NCBI GenBank assembly: GCA_964016885.1
Contig: OZ024743.1
Location: 211,606,001-211,670,000 of the forward strand
Source of the DNA: Eledone cirrhosa
Lineage: Eukaryota
DNA: 64,000 bases
Reading direction: 5' to 3'
The stretch's first letter is position 1. Each line of letters begins with the position of its first letter. Under the pieces are notes generated by a model that was not told the DNA's origin, did not search any database, and saw only the letters and a program-made list of their open reading frames with translations. Both the position numbers and the translations under genes were made by a program. This document shows, in pieces, positions 39,601 to 54,480 of this stretch.

Positions 39601-42600
39601 CATGGGCAGTTTTTTTTGAAAATCACACCACACACAACCAATGTGTGTCTGCACATGTACCAGTAATTACAGATCGATCCCCCCACGGGCGGCCGGCCCA
39701 CAATCGAAAAGGTTACTCCGCCTGCAAATCGTCATTTTCGGATTCGTTTTCTTCGAAGCACACCATTCGCCGGCGGACTTCAGCTGCCTCATTTAGCATG
39801 GGCAGTTTTTCTTGAAGATCACACCACACACAGCCAATGAGTGTCTGCACATGTACCAGTAATTAGAGATCGATCCGACCACGGGCGGCCGGCCCACGAT
39901 CGAGAAAAAGGTAACTCCGCCGGCAAATCGTCATTTTTGTGATCCGTTTTCTTCGAAGCACACCATTCGCCGCCGGACTTCAGCTGCCTCAGTTAGCATG
40001 GGCAGTTTTTTTTGAAAATCACACCACACAACCAATGTGTGTCTGCACATGTACCAGTAATTACAGATCGATCTGACCACGGGCGGCCGGCCCGCGATTG
40101 AAAAGGTAACTCCGCCGGCAAATCGTCATTTTTGTGATTCGTTTTCTTCGAAGCACACCATTCGCCGCCGGACTTCAGCTGCCTCATTTAGCATGGGCAG
40201 TTTTTTTGGAAAATCACACCACACACAACCAATGTGTGTCTGCACATGTACCAGTAATTACAGATCGATCCCACCACGAGTTCAATGTAAACAAACTTAC
40301 GCTCAACGACTTTGTTGACGTTTAACATGGTTTGGTTCCACAGCCACAACTATTGATTTTACGGAGATATCTTGCTGAAATTCACGCCACACATAGCCAA
40401 TGAGTGTCTGCACATGTACCAGTAATTACAGATCGATCCGACCACGGGCGGCCGGCCCGCGATTGAAAAGGTAACTCCGCCGGCAAATCGTCATTTTTGT
40501 GATTCGTTTTCTTCGAAGCACACCATTCGCCGGCGGACTTTGTTGACGTTTAACACGGTTTGGTTCCACAGCCACAACTATTGATTTTAAGGAGATATCT
40601 TGCTGAGATTCACGCCACACATAGCCAATGAGTGTCTGCACATGTACCAGTAATTAGAGATCGATCCGACCACGGGCGGCCGGCCCACGATCGAGAAAAA
40701 GGTAACTCCGCCGGCAAATCGTCATTTTTGTGATCCGTTTTCTTCGAAGCACACCATTCGCCGCCGGACTTCAGCTGCCTCATTTAGCATGGGCAGTTTT
40801 TTTTGAAAATCACACCACACACAACCAATGTGTGTCTGCACATGTACCAGTAATTACAGATCGATCCCACCACGAGTTCAATGTAAACTAACTTACGCTC
40901 AACGACTTTGTTGACGTTTAACACGGTTTGGTTCCACAGCCACAACTATTGATTTTAAGGAGATATCTTGCTGAAATTCACGCCACACATAGCCAATGAG
41001 TGTCTGCACATGTACCAGTAATTACAGATCGATCCGACCAGGGGCGGCCGGCCCACAATCGAAAAGGTTACTCCGCCTGCAAATCGTCATTTTCGGATTC
41101 GTTTTCTTCGAAGCACACCATTCGCCGCCGGACTTCAGCTGCCTCATTTAGCATGGGCAGTTTTTTTTGAAAATCACACCACACACAACCAATGTGTGTC
41201 TGCACATGTACCAGTAATTACAGATCGATCCCCCCACGGGCGGCCGGCCCACAATCGAAAAGGTTACTCCGCCTGCAAATCGTCATTTTCGGATTCGTTT
41301 TCTTCGAAGCACACCATTCGCCGGCGGACTTCAGCTGCCTCATTTAGCATGGGCAGTTTTTCTTGAAGATCACACCACACACAGCCAATGAGTGTCTGCA
41401 CATGTACCAGTAATTACAGATCGATCCGACCACGGGCGGCCGGCCCGCGATTGAAAAGGTAACTCCGCCGGCAAATCGTCATTTTTGTGATCCGTTTTCT
41501 TCGAAGCACACCATTCGCCGCCGGACTTCAGCTGCCTCATTTAGCATGGGCAGTCTTTTTTGAAAATCACACCACACACAACCAATGTGTGTCTGCACAT
41601 GTACCAGTAATTACAGATCGATCCGACCACGGGCGGCCGGCCCGCGATTGAAAAGGTAACTCCGCCGGCAAATCGTCATTTTTGTGATTCGTTTTCTTCG
41701 AAGCACACCATTCGCCGCCGGACTTCAGCTGCCTCATTTAGCATGGGCAGTTTTTTTGAAAATCACACCACACACAACCAATGTGTGTCTGCACATGTAC
41801 CAGTAATTACAGATCGATCCCACCACGAGTTCAATGTAAACAAACTTACGCTCAACGACTTTGTTGACGTTTAACACGGTTTGGTTCCACAGCCACAACT
41901 ATTGATTTTACGGAGATATCTTGCTGAAATTCACGCCACACATAGCCAATGAGTGTCTGCACATGTACCAGTAATTACAGATCGATCCGACCAGGGGCGG
42001 CCGGCCCGCGATTGAAAAGGTAACTCCGCCGGCAAATCGTCATTTTTGTGATTCGTTTTCTTCGAAGCACACCATTCGCCGGCGGACTTTGTTGACGTTT
42101 AACACGGTTTGGTTCCACAGCCACAACTATTGATTTTAAGGAGATATCTTGCTGAGATTCACGCCACACATAGCCAATGAGTGTCTGCACATGTACCAGT
42201 AATTACAGATCGATCCGACCACGGACGGCCGGCCCGCGATTGAAAAGGTAACTCCGCCGGCAAATCGTCATTTTTGGATTCGTTTTCTTCGAAGCACACC
42301 ATTCGCCGGCGGACTTTGTTGACGTTTAACACGGTTTGGTTCCACAGCCACAACTATTGATTTTAAGGAGATATCTTGCTGAGATTCACGCCACACATAG
42401 CCAATGAGTGTCTGCACATGTACCAGTAATTACAGATGGATCCCACCACGGGCGGCCGGCCCACAATCGAAAAGGTTACTCCGCCTGCAAATCGTCATTT
42501 TCGGATTCGTTTTCTTCGAAGCACACCATTCGCCGGCGGACTTCAGCTGCCTCATTTAGCATGGGCAGTTTTTCTTGAAGATCACACCACACACAGCCAA

Positions 42601-44150
42601 TGAGTGTCTGCACATGTACCAGTAATTACAGATGGATCCCACCACGGGCGGCCGGCCCACAATCTGAAAGGTTACTCAGCCTGCAAATCGTCATTTTCGG
42701 ATTCGTTTTCTTCGAAGCACACCATTCGCCGGCGGACTTCAGCTGCCTCATTTAGCATGGGCAGTTTTTCTTGAAGATCAGACCACACACAGCCAATGAG
42801 TGTCTGCACATGTACCAGTAATTAGAGATCGATCCGACCACGGGCGGCCGGCCCACGATCGAGAAAAAGGTAACTCCGCCGGCAAATCGTCATTTTTGTG
42901 ATCCGTTTTCTTCGAAGCACACCATTCGCCGCCGGACTTCAGCTGCCTCATTTAGCATGGGCAGTTTTTTTTGAAAATCACACCACACACAACCAATGTG
43001 TGTCTGCACATGTACCAGTAATTACAGATCGATCCCACCACGAGTTCAATGTAAACTAACTTACGCTCAACGACTTTGTTGACGTTTAACACGGTTTGGT
43101 TCCACAGCCACAACTATTGATTTTAAGGAGATATCTTGCTGAAATTCACGCCACACATAGCCAATGAGTGTCTGCACATGTACCAGTAATTACAGATCGA
43201 TCCGACCAGGGGCGGCCGGCCCACAATCGAAAAGGTTACTCCGCCTGCAAATCGTCATTTTCGGATTCGTTTTCTTCGAAGCACACCATTCGCCGCCGGA
43301 CTTCAGCTGCCTCATTTAGCATGGGCAGTTTTTTTTGAAAATCACACCACACACAACCAATGTGTGTCTGCACATGTACCAGTAATTACAGATCGATCCC
43401 CCCACGGGCGGCCGGCCCACAATCGAAAAGGTTACTCCGCCTGCAAATCGTCATTTTCGGATTCGTTTTCTTCGAAGCACACCATTCGCCGGCGGACTTC
43501 AGCTGCCTCATTTAGCATGGGCAGTTTTTCTTGAAGATCACACCACACACAGCCAATGAGTGTCTGCACATGTACCAGTAATTAGAGATCGATCCGACCA
43601 CGGGCGGCCGGCCCACGATCGAGAAAAAGGTAACTCCGCCGGCAAATCGTCATTTTTGTGATCCGTTTTCTTCGAAGCACACCATTCGCCGCCGGACTTC
43701 AGCTGCCTCAGTTAGCATGGGCAGTTTTTTTTGAAAATCACACCACACAACCAATGTGTGTCTGCACATGTACCAGTAATTACAGATCGATCTGACCACG
43801 GGCGGCCGGCCCGCGATTGAAAAGGTAACTCCGCCGGCAAATCGTCATTTTTGTGATTCGTTTTCTTCGAAGCACACCATTCGCCGCCGGACTTCAGCTG
43901 CCTCATTTAGCATGGGCAGTTTTTTTGGAAAATCACACCACACACAACCAATGTGTGTCTGCACATGTACCAGTAATTACAGATCGATCCCACCACGAGT
44001 TCAATGTAAACAAACTTACGCTCAACGACTTTGTTGACGTTTAACATGGTTTGGTTCCACAGCCACAACTATTGATTTTACGGAGATATCTTGCTGAAAT
44101 TCACGCCACACATAGCCAATGAGTGTCTGCACATGTACCAGTAATTACAG
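36700..44150. repeat. 3719-bp (19-monomer) higher-order repeat, two tandem copies
   Basis: Pseudo-ORFs 36707/40426, 38256/41975 and 39993/43712 are offset by 3719. A private CA deletion (CACCACACAACCAAT) is shared near 40020 and 43740. Confidence 0.9.
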
Positions 44151-47100
44151 ATCGATCCGACCACGGGCGGCCGGCCCGCGATTGAAAAGGTAACTCCGCC
44201 GGCAAATCGTCATTTTTGTGATTCGTTTTCTTCGAAGCACACCATTCGCCGCCGGACTTCAGCTGCCTCATTTAGCATGGGCAGTTTTTTTGAAAATCAC
44301 ACCACACACAACCAATGTGTGTCTGCACATGTACCAGTAATTACAGATCGATCCCACCACGAGTTCAATGTAAACAAACTTACGCTCAACGACTTTGTTG
44401 ACGTTTAACACGGTTTGGTTCCACAGCCACAACTATTGATTTTACGGAGATATCTTGCTGAAATTCACGCCACACATAGCCAATGAGTGTCTGCACATGT
44501 ACCAGTAATTACAGATCGATCCGACCAGGGGCGGCCGGCCCGCGATTGAAAAGGTAACTCCGCCGGCAAATCGTCATTTTTGTGATTCGTTTTCTTCGAA
44601 GCACACCATTCGCCGGCGGACTTTGTTGACGTTTAACACGGTTTGGTTCCACAGCCACAACTATTGATTTTAAGGAGATATCTTGCTGAGATTCACGCCA
44701 CACATAGCCAATGAGTGTCTGCACATGTACCAGTAATTACAGATCGATCCGACCACGGACGGCCGGCCCGCGATTGAAAAGGTAACTCCGCCGGCAAATC
44801 GTCATTTTTGGATTCGTTTTCTTCGAAGCACACCATTCGCCGGCGGACTTTGTTGACGTTTAACACGGTTTGGTTCCACAGCCACAACTATTGATTTTAA
44901 GGAGATATCTTGCTGAGATTCACGCCACACATAGCCAATGAGTGTCTGCACATGTACCAGTAATTACAGATGGATCCCACCACGGGCGGCCGGCCCACAA
45001 TCGAAAAGGTTACTCCGCCTGCAAATCGTCATTTTCGGATTCGTTTTCTTCGAAGCACACCATTCGCCGCCGGACTTCAGCTGCCTCATTTAGCATGGGC
45101 AGTTTTTTTTGAAAATCACACCACACACAACCAATGTGTGTCTGCACATGTACCAGTAATTACAGATCGATCCCCCCACGGGCGGCCGGCCCACAATCGA
45201 AAAGGTTACTCCGCCTGCAAATCGTCATTTTCGGATTCGTTTTCTTCGAAGCACACCATTCGCCGGCGGACTTCAGCTGCCTCATTTAGCATGGGCAGTT
45301 TTTCTTGAAGATCACACCACACACAGCCAATGAGTGTCTGCACATGTACCAGTAATTAGAGATCGATCCGACCACGGGCGGCCGGCCCACGATCGAGAAA
45401 AAGGTAACTCCGCCGGCAAATCGTCATTTTTGTGATCCGTTTTCTTCGAAGCACACCATTCGCCGCCGGACTTCAGCTGCCTCAGTTAGCATGGGCAGTT
45501 TTTTTTGAAAATCACACCACACACAACCAATGTGTGTCTGCACATGTACCAGTAATTACAGATCGATCTGACCACGGGCGGCCGGCCCGCGATTGAAAAG
45601 GTAACTCCGCCGGCAAATCGTCATTTTTGTGATTCGTTTTCTTCGAAGCACACCATTCGCCGCCGGACTTCAGCTGCCTCATTTAGCATGGGCAGTTTTT
45701 TTGGAAAATCACACCACACACAACCAATGTGTGTCTGCACATGTACCAGTAATTACAGATCGATCCCACCACGAGTTCAATGTAAACAAACTTACGCTCA
45801 ACGACTTTGTTGACGTTTAACATGGTTTGGTTCCACAGCCACAACTATTGATTTTACGGAGATATCTTGCTGAAATTCACGCCACACATAGCCAATGAGT
45901 GTCTGCACATGTACCAGTAATTACAGATCGATCCGACCACGGGCGGCCGGCCCGCGATTGAAAAGGTAACTCCGCCGGCAAATCGTCATTTTTGTGATCC
46001 GTTTTCTTCGAAGCACACCATTCGCCGCCGGACTTCAGCTGCCTCATTTAGCATGGGCAGTCTTTTTTGAAAATCACACCACACACAACCAATGTGTGTC
46101 TGCACATGTACCAGTAATTACAGATCGATCCGACCACGGGCGGCCGGCCCGCGATTGAAAAGGTAACTCCGCCGGCAAATCGTCATTTTTGTGATTCGTT
46201 TTTTTCGAAGCACACCATTCGCCGCCGGACTTCAGCTGCCTCATTTAGCATGGGCAGTTTTTTTGAAAATCACACCACACACAACCAATGTGTGTCTGCA
46301 CATGTACCAGTAATTACAGATCGATCCCACCACGAGTTCAATGTAAACAAACTTACGCTCAACGACTTTGTTGACGTTTAACACGGTTTGGTTCCACAGC
46401 CACAACTATTGATTTTACGGAGATATCTTGCTGAAATTCACGCCACACATAGCCAATGAGTGTCTGCACATGTACCAGTAATTACAGATCGATCCGACCA
46501 GGGGCGGCCGGCCCGCGATTGAAAAGGTAACTCCGCCGGCAAATCGTCATTTTTGTGATTCGTTTTCTTCGAAGCACACCATTCGCCGGCGGACTTTGTT
46601 GACGTTTAACACGGTTTGGTTCCACAGCCACAACTATTGATTTTAAGGAGATATCTTGCTGAGATTCACGCCACACATAGCCAATGAGTGTCTGCACATG
46701 TACCAGTAATTACAGATCGATCCGACCACGGACGGCCGGCCCGCGATTGAAAAGGTAACTCCGCCGGCAAATCGTCATTTTTGGATTCGTTTTCTTCGAA
46801 GCACACCATTCGCCGGCGGACTTTGTTGACGTTTAACACGGTTTGGTTCCACAGCCACAACTATTGATTTTAAGGAGATATCTTGCTGAGATTCACGCCA
46901 CACATAGCCAATGAGTGTCTGCACATGTACCAGTAATTACAGATGGATCCCACCACGGGCGGCCGGCCCACAATCGAAAAGGTTACTCCGCCTGCAAATC
47001 GTCATTTTCGGATTCGTTTTCTTCGAAGCACACCATTCGCCGGCGGACTTCAGCTGCCTCATTTAGCATGGGCAGTTTTTCTTGAAGATCACACCACACA

Positions 47101-48049
47101 CAGCCAATGAGTGTCTGCACATGTACCAGTAATTACAGATGGATCCCACCACGGGCGGCCGGCCCACAATCTGAAAGGTTACTCAGCCTGCAAATCGTCA
47201 TTTTCGGATTCGTTTTCTTCGAAGCACACCATTCGCCGGCGGACTTCAGCTGCCTCATTTAGCATGGGCAGTTTTTCTTGAAGATCACACCACACACAGC
47301 CAATGAGTGTCTGCACATGTACCAGTAATTAGAGATCGATCCGACCACGGGCGGCCGGCCCACGATCGAGAAAAAGGTAACTCCGCCGGCAAATCGTCAT
47401 TTTTGTGATCCGTTTTCTTCGAAGCACACCATTCGCCGCCGGACTTCAGCTGCCTCATTTAGCATGGGCAGTTTTTTTTGAAAATCACACCACACACAAC
47501 CAATGTGTGTCTGCACATGTACCAGTAATTACAGATCGATCCCACCACGAGTTCAATGTAAACTAACTTACGCTCAACGACTTTGTTGACGTTTAACACG
47601 GTTTGGTTCCACAGCCACAACTATTGATTTTAAGGAGATATCTTGCTGAAATTCACGCCACACATAGCCAATGAGTGTCTGCACATGTACCAGTAATTAC
47701 AGATCGATCCGACCAGGGGCGGCCGGCCCACAATCGAAAAGGTTACTCCGCCTGCAAATCGTCATTTTCGGATTCGTTTTCTTCGAAGCACACCATTCGC
47801 CGCCGGACTTCAGCTGCCTCATTTAGCATGGGCAGTTTTTTTTGAAAATCACACCACACACAACCAATGTGTGTCTGCACATGTACCAGTAATTACAGAT
47901 CGATCCCCCCACGGGCGGCCGGCCCACAATCGAAAAGGTTACTCCGCCTGCAAATCGTCATTTTCGGATTCGTTTTCTTCGAAGCACACCATTCGCCGGC
48001 GGACTTCAGCTGCCTCATTTAGCATGGGCAGTTTTTCTTGAAGATCACA

Positions 48050-51000
48050 CCACACACAGCCAATGAGTGTCTGCACATGTACCAGTAATTAGAGATCGAT
48101 CCGACCACGGGCGGCCGGCCCACGATCGAGAAAAAGGTAACTCCGCCGGCAAATCGTCATTTTTGTGATCCGTTTTCTTCGAAGCACACCATTCGCCGCC
48201 GGACTTCAGCTGCCTCAGTTAGCATGGGCAGTTTTTTTTGAAAATCACACCACACACAACCAATGTGTGTCTGCACATGTACCAGTAATTACAGATCGAT
48301 CTGACCACGGGCGGCCGGCCCGCGATTGAAAAGGTAACTCCGCCGGCAAATCGTCATTTTTGTGATTCGTTTTCTTCGAAGCACACCATTCGCCGCCGGA
48401 CTTCAGCTGCCTCATTTAGCATGGGCAGTTTTTTTGGAAAATCACACCACACACAACCAATGTGTGTCTGCACATGTACCAGTAATTACAGATCGATCCC
48501 ACCACGAGTTCAATGTAAACAAACTTACGCTCAACGACTTTGTTGACGTTTAACATGGTTTGGTTCCACAGCCACAACTATTGATTTTACGGAGATATCT
48601 TGCTGAAATTCACGCCACACATAGCCAATGAGTGTCTGCACATGTACCAGTAATTACAGATCGATCTGACCAGGGGCGGCCGGCCCGCGATTGAAAAGGT
48701 AACTCCGCCGGCAAATCGTCATTTTTGTGATTCGTTTTCTTCGAAGCACACCATTCGCCGGCGGACTTTGTTGACGTTTAACACGGTTTGGTTCCACAGC
48801 CACAACTATTGATTTTAAGGAGATATCTTGCTGAAATTCACGCCACACATAGCCAATGAGTGTCTGCACATGTACCAGTAATTACAGATCGATCCGACCA
48901 CGGACGGCCGGCCCGCGATTGAAAAGGTAACTCCGCCGGCAAATCGTCATTTTTGGATTCGTTTTCTTCGAAGCACACCATTCGCCGGCGGACTTTGTTG
49001 ACGTTTAACACGGTTTGGTTCCACAGCCACAACTATTGATTTTAAGGAGATATCTTGCTGAGATTCACGCCACACATAGCCAATGAGTGTCTGCACATGT
49101 ACCAGTAATTACAGATGGATCCCACCACGGGCGGCCGGCCCACAATCGAAAAGGTTACTCCGCCTGCAAATCGTCATTTTCGGATTCGTTTTCTTCGAAG
49201 CACACCATTCGCCGGCGGACTTCAGCTGCCTCATTTAGCATGGGCAGTTTTTCTTGAAGATCACACCACACACAGCCAATGAGTGTCTGCACATGTACCA
49301 GTAATTACAGATGGATCCCACCACGGGCGGCCGGCCCACAATCGGAAAGGTTACTCCGCCTGCAAATCGTCATTTTCGGATTCGTTTTCTTCGAAGCACA
49401 CCATTCGCCGGCGGACTTCAGCTGCCTCATTTAGCATGGGCAGTTTTTCTTGAAGATCACACCACACACAGCCAATGAGTGTCTGCACATGTACCAGTAA
49501 TTAGAGATCGATCCGACCACGGGCGGCCGGCCCACGATCGAGAAAAAGGTAACTCCGCCGGCAAATCGTCATTTTTGTGATCCGTTTTCTTCGAAGCACA
49601 CCATTCGCCGCCGGACTTCAGCTGCCTCATTTAGCATGGGCAGTTTTTTTTGAAAATCACACCACACACAACCAATGTGTGTCTGCACATGTACCAGTAA
49701 TTACAGATCGATCCGACCACGGGCGGCCGGCCCGCGATTGAAAAGGTAACTCCGCCGGCAAATCGTCATTTTTGTGATTCGTTTTCTTCGAAGCACACCA
49801 TTCGCCGCCGGACTTCAGCTGCCTCATTTAACATGGGCAGTTTTTTTTTAAAATCACACCACACACAACCAATGTGTTTCTGCACATGTACCAGTAATTA
49901 CAGATCGATCCCACCACGAGTTCAATGTAAACTAACTTACGCTCAACGACTTTGTTGACGTTTAACACGGTTTGGTTCCACAGCCACAACTATTGATTTT
50001 AAGGAGATATCTTGCTGAAATTCACGCCACACATAGCCAATGAGTGTCTGCACATGTACCAGTAATTACAGATCGATCCGACCAGGGGCGGCCGGCCCGC
50101 GATTGAAAAGGTAACTCCGCCGGCAAATCGTCATTTTTGGATTCGTTTTCTTCGAAGCACACCATTCGCCGGCGGACTTTGTTGACGTTTAACACGGTTT
50201 GGTTCCACAGCCACAACTATTGATTTTAAGGAGATATCTTGCTGAAATTCACGCCACACATAGCCAATGAGTGTCTGCACATGTACCAGTAATTACAGAT
50301 CGATCCGACCAGGGGCGGCCGGCCCGCGATTGAAAAGGTAACTCCGCCGGCAAATCGTCATTTTTGGATTCGTTTTCTTCGAAGCACACCATTCGCCGGC
50401 GGACTTTGTTGACGTTTAACACGGTTTGGTTCCACAGCCACAACTATTGATTTTAAGGAGATATCTTGCTGAAATTCACGCCACACATAGCCAATGAGTG
50501 TCTGCACATGTACCAGTAATTACAGATCGATCCGACCAGGGGCGGCCGGCCCGCGATTGAAAAGGTAACTCCGCCGGCAAATCGTCATTTTTGTGATCCG
50601 TTTTCTTCGAAGCACACCATTCGCCGCCGGACTTCAGCTGCCTCATTTAGCATGGGCAGTTTTTTTTGAAAATCACACCACACACAACCAATGTGTGTCT
50701 GCACATGTACCAGTAATTACAGATCGATCCCCCCACGGGCGGCCGGCCCACAATCGAAAAGGTTACTCCGCCTGCAAATCGTCATTTTCGGATTCGTTTT
50801 CTTCGAAGCACACCATTCGCCGGCGGACTTCAGCTGCCTCATTTAGCATGGGCAGTTTTTCTTGAAGATCACACCACACACAGCCAATGAGTGTCTGCAC
50901 ATGTACCAGTAATTAGAGATCGATCCGACCACGGGCGGCCGGCCCACGATCGAGAAAAAGGTAACTCCGCCGGCAAATCGTCATTTTTGTGATCCGTTTT

Positions 51001-54000
51001 CTTCGAAGCACACCATTCGCCGCCGGACTTCAGCTGCCTCAGTTAGCATGGGCAGTTTTTTTTGAAAATCACACCACACACAACCAATGTGTGTCTGCAC
51101 ATGTACCAGTAATTACAGATCGATCTGACCACGGGCGGCCGGCCCGCGATTGAAAAGGTAACTCCGCCGGCAAATCGTCATTTTTGTGATTCGTTTTCTT
51201 CGAAGCACACCATTCGCCGCCGGACTTCAGCTGCCTCATTTAGCATGGGCAGTTTTTTTGGAAAATCACACCACACACAACCAATGTGTGTCTGCACATG
51301 TACCAGTAATTACAGATCGATCCCACCACGAGTTCAATGTAAACAAACTTACGCTCAACGACTTTGTTGACGTTTAACATGGTTTGGTTCCACAGCCACA
51401 ACTATTGATTTTACGGAGATATCTTGCTGAAATTCACGCCACACATAGCCAATGAGTGTCTGCACATGTACCAGTAATTACAGATCGATCTGACCAGGGG
51501 CGGCCGGCCCGCGATTGAAAAGGTAACTCCGCCGGCAAATCGTCATTTTTGTGATTCGTTTTCTTCGAAGCACACCATTCGCCGGCGGACTTTGTTGACG
51601 TTTAACACGGTTTGGTTCCACAGCCACAACTATTGATTTTAAGGAGATATCTTGCTGAAATTCACGCCACACATAGCCAATGAGTGTCTGCACATGTACC
51701 AGTAATTACAGATCGATCCGACCACGGACGGCCGGCCCGCGATTGAAAAGGTAACTCCGCCGGCAAATCGTCATTTTTGGATTCGTTTTCTTCGAAGCAC
51801 ACCATTCGCCGGCGGACTTTGTTGACGTTTAACACGGTTTGGTTCCACAGCCACAACTATTGATTTTAAGGAGATATCTTGCTGAGATTCACGCCACACA
51901 TAGCCAATGAGTGTCTGCACATGTACCAGTAATTACAGATGGATCCCACCACGGGCGGCCGGCCCACAATCGAAAAGGTTACTCCGCCTGCAAATCGTCA
52001 TTTTCGGATTCGTTTTCTTCGAAGCACACCATTCGCCGGCGGACTTCAGCTGCCTCATTTAGCATGGGCAGTTTTTCTTGAAGATCACACCACACACAGC
52101 CAATGAGTGTCTGCACATGTACCAGTAATTACAGATGGATCCCACCACGGGCGGCCGGCCCACAATCGGAAAGGTTACTCCGCCTGCAAATCGTCATTTT
52201 CGGATTCGTTTTCTTCGAAGCACACCATTCGCCGGCGGACTTCAGCTGCCTCATTTAGCATGGGCAGTTTTTCTTGAAGATCACACCACACACAGCCAAT
52301 GAGTGTCTGCACATGTACCAGTAATTAGAGATCGATCCGACCACGGGCGGCCGGCCCACGATCGAGAAAAAGGTAACTCCGCCGGCAAATCGTCATTTTT
52401 GTGATCCGTTTTCTTCGAAGCACACCATTCGCCGCCGGACTTCAGCTGCCTCATTTAGCATGGGCAGTTTTTTTTGAAAATCACACCACACACAACCAAT
52501 GTGTGTCTGCACATGTACCAGTAATTACAGATCGATCCGACCACGGGCGGCCGGCCCGCGATTGAAAAGGTAACTCCGCCGGCAAATCGTCATTTTTGTG
52601 ATTCGTTTTCTTCGAAGCACACCATTCGCCGCCGGACTTCAGCTGCCTCATTTAACATGGGCAGTTTTTTTTTAAAATCACACCACACACAACCAATGTG
52701 TTTCTGCACATGTACCAGTAATTACAGATCGATCCCACCACGAGTTCAATGTAAACTAACTTACGCTCAACGACTTTGTTGACGTTTAACACGGTTTGGT
52801 TCCACAGCCACAACTATTGATTTTAAGGAGATATCTTGCTGAAATTCACGCCACACATAGCCAATGAGTGTCTGCACATGTACCAGTAATTACAGATCGA
52901 TCCGACCAGGGGCGGCCGGCCCGCGATTGAAAAGGTAACTCCGCCGGCAAATCGTCATTTTTGGATTCGTTTTCTTCGAAGCACACCATTCGCCGGCGGA
53001 CTTTGTTGACGTTTAACACGGTTTGGTTCCACAGCCACAACTATTGATTTTAAGGAGATATCTTGCTGAAATTCACGCCACACATAGCCAATGAGTGTCT
53101 GCACATGTACCAGTAATTACAGATGGATCCCACCACGGGCGGCCGGCCCACAATCGAAAAGGTTACTCCGCCTGCAAATCGTCATTTTCGGATTCGTTTT
53201 CTTCGAAGCACACCATTCGCCGGCGGACTTCAGCTGCCTCATTTAGCATGGGCAGTTTTTCTTGAAGATCACACCACACACAGCCAATGAGTGTCTGCAC
53301 ATGTACCAGTAATTACAGATGGATCCCACCACGGGCGGCCGGCCCACAATCGAAAAGGTTACTCCGCCTGCAAATCGTCATTTTCGGATTCGTTTTCTTC
53401 GAAGCACACCATTCGCCGGCGGACTTCAGCTGCCTCATTTAGCATGGGCAGTTTTTCTTGAAGATCACACCACACACAGCCAATGAGTGTCTGCACATGT
53501 ACCAGTAATTACAGATGGATCCCACCACGGGCGGCCGGCCCACAATCGGAAAGGTTACTCCGCCTGCAAATCGTCATTTTCGGATTCGTTTTCTTCGAAG
53601 CACACCATTCGCCGGCGGACTTCAGCTGCCTCATTTAGCATGGGCAGTTTTTCTTGAAGATCACACCACACACAGCCAATGAGTGTCTGCACATGTACCA
53701 GTAATTAGAGATCGATCCGACCACGGGCGGCCGGCCCACGATCGAGAAAAAGGTAACTCCGCCGGCAAATCGTCATTTTTGTGATCCGTTTTCTTCGAAG
53801 CACACCATTCGCCGCCGGACTTCAGCTGCCTCATTTAGCATGGGCAGTTTTTTTTGAAAATCACACCACACACAACCAATGTGTGTCTGCACATGTACCA
53901 GTAATTACAGATCGATCCGACCACGGGCGGCCGGCCCGCGATTGAAAAGGTAACTCCGCCGGCAAATCGTCATTTTTGTGATTCGTTTTCTTCGAAGCAC

Positions 54001-54480
54001 ACCATTCGCCGCCGGACTTCAGCTGCCTCATTTAACATGGGCAGTTTTTTTTTAAAATCACACCACACACAACCAATGTGTTTCTGCACATGTACCAGTA
54101 ATTACAGATCGATCCCACCACGAGTTCAATGTAAACTAACTTACGCTCAACGACTTTGTTGACGTTTAACACGGTTTGGTTCCACAGCCACAACTATTGA
54201 TTTTAAGGAGATATCTTGCTGAAATTCACGCCACACATAGCCAATGAGTGTCTGCACATGTACCAGTAATTACAGATCGATCCGACCAGGGGCGGCCGGC
54301 CCGCGATTGAAAAGGTAACTCCGCCGGCAAATCGTCATTTTTGGATTCGTTTTCTTCGAAGCACACCATTCGCCGGCGGACTTTGTTGACGTTTAACACG
54401 GTTTGGTTCCACAGCCACAACTATTGATTTTAAGGAGATATCTTGCTGAAATTCACGCCACACATAGCCAATGAGTGTCT
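48050..54480. repeat. 2824-bp (14-monomer) higher-order repeat plus a 1380-bp partial copy
   Basis: Pseudo-ORFs 48362/51186, 48654/51478 and 50022/52846 are offset by 2824; 52846/54226 by 1380. Private variants TTTAACATGGGCAG and GTGTTTCTGC occur near 49830, 52650 and 54030. Confidence 0.85.
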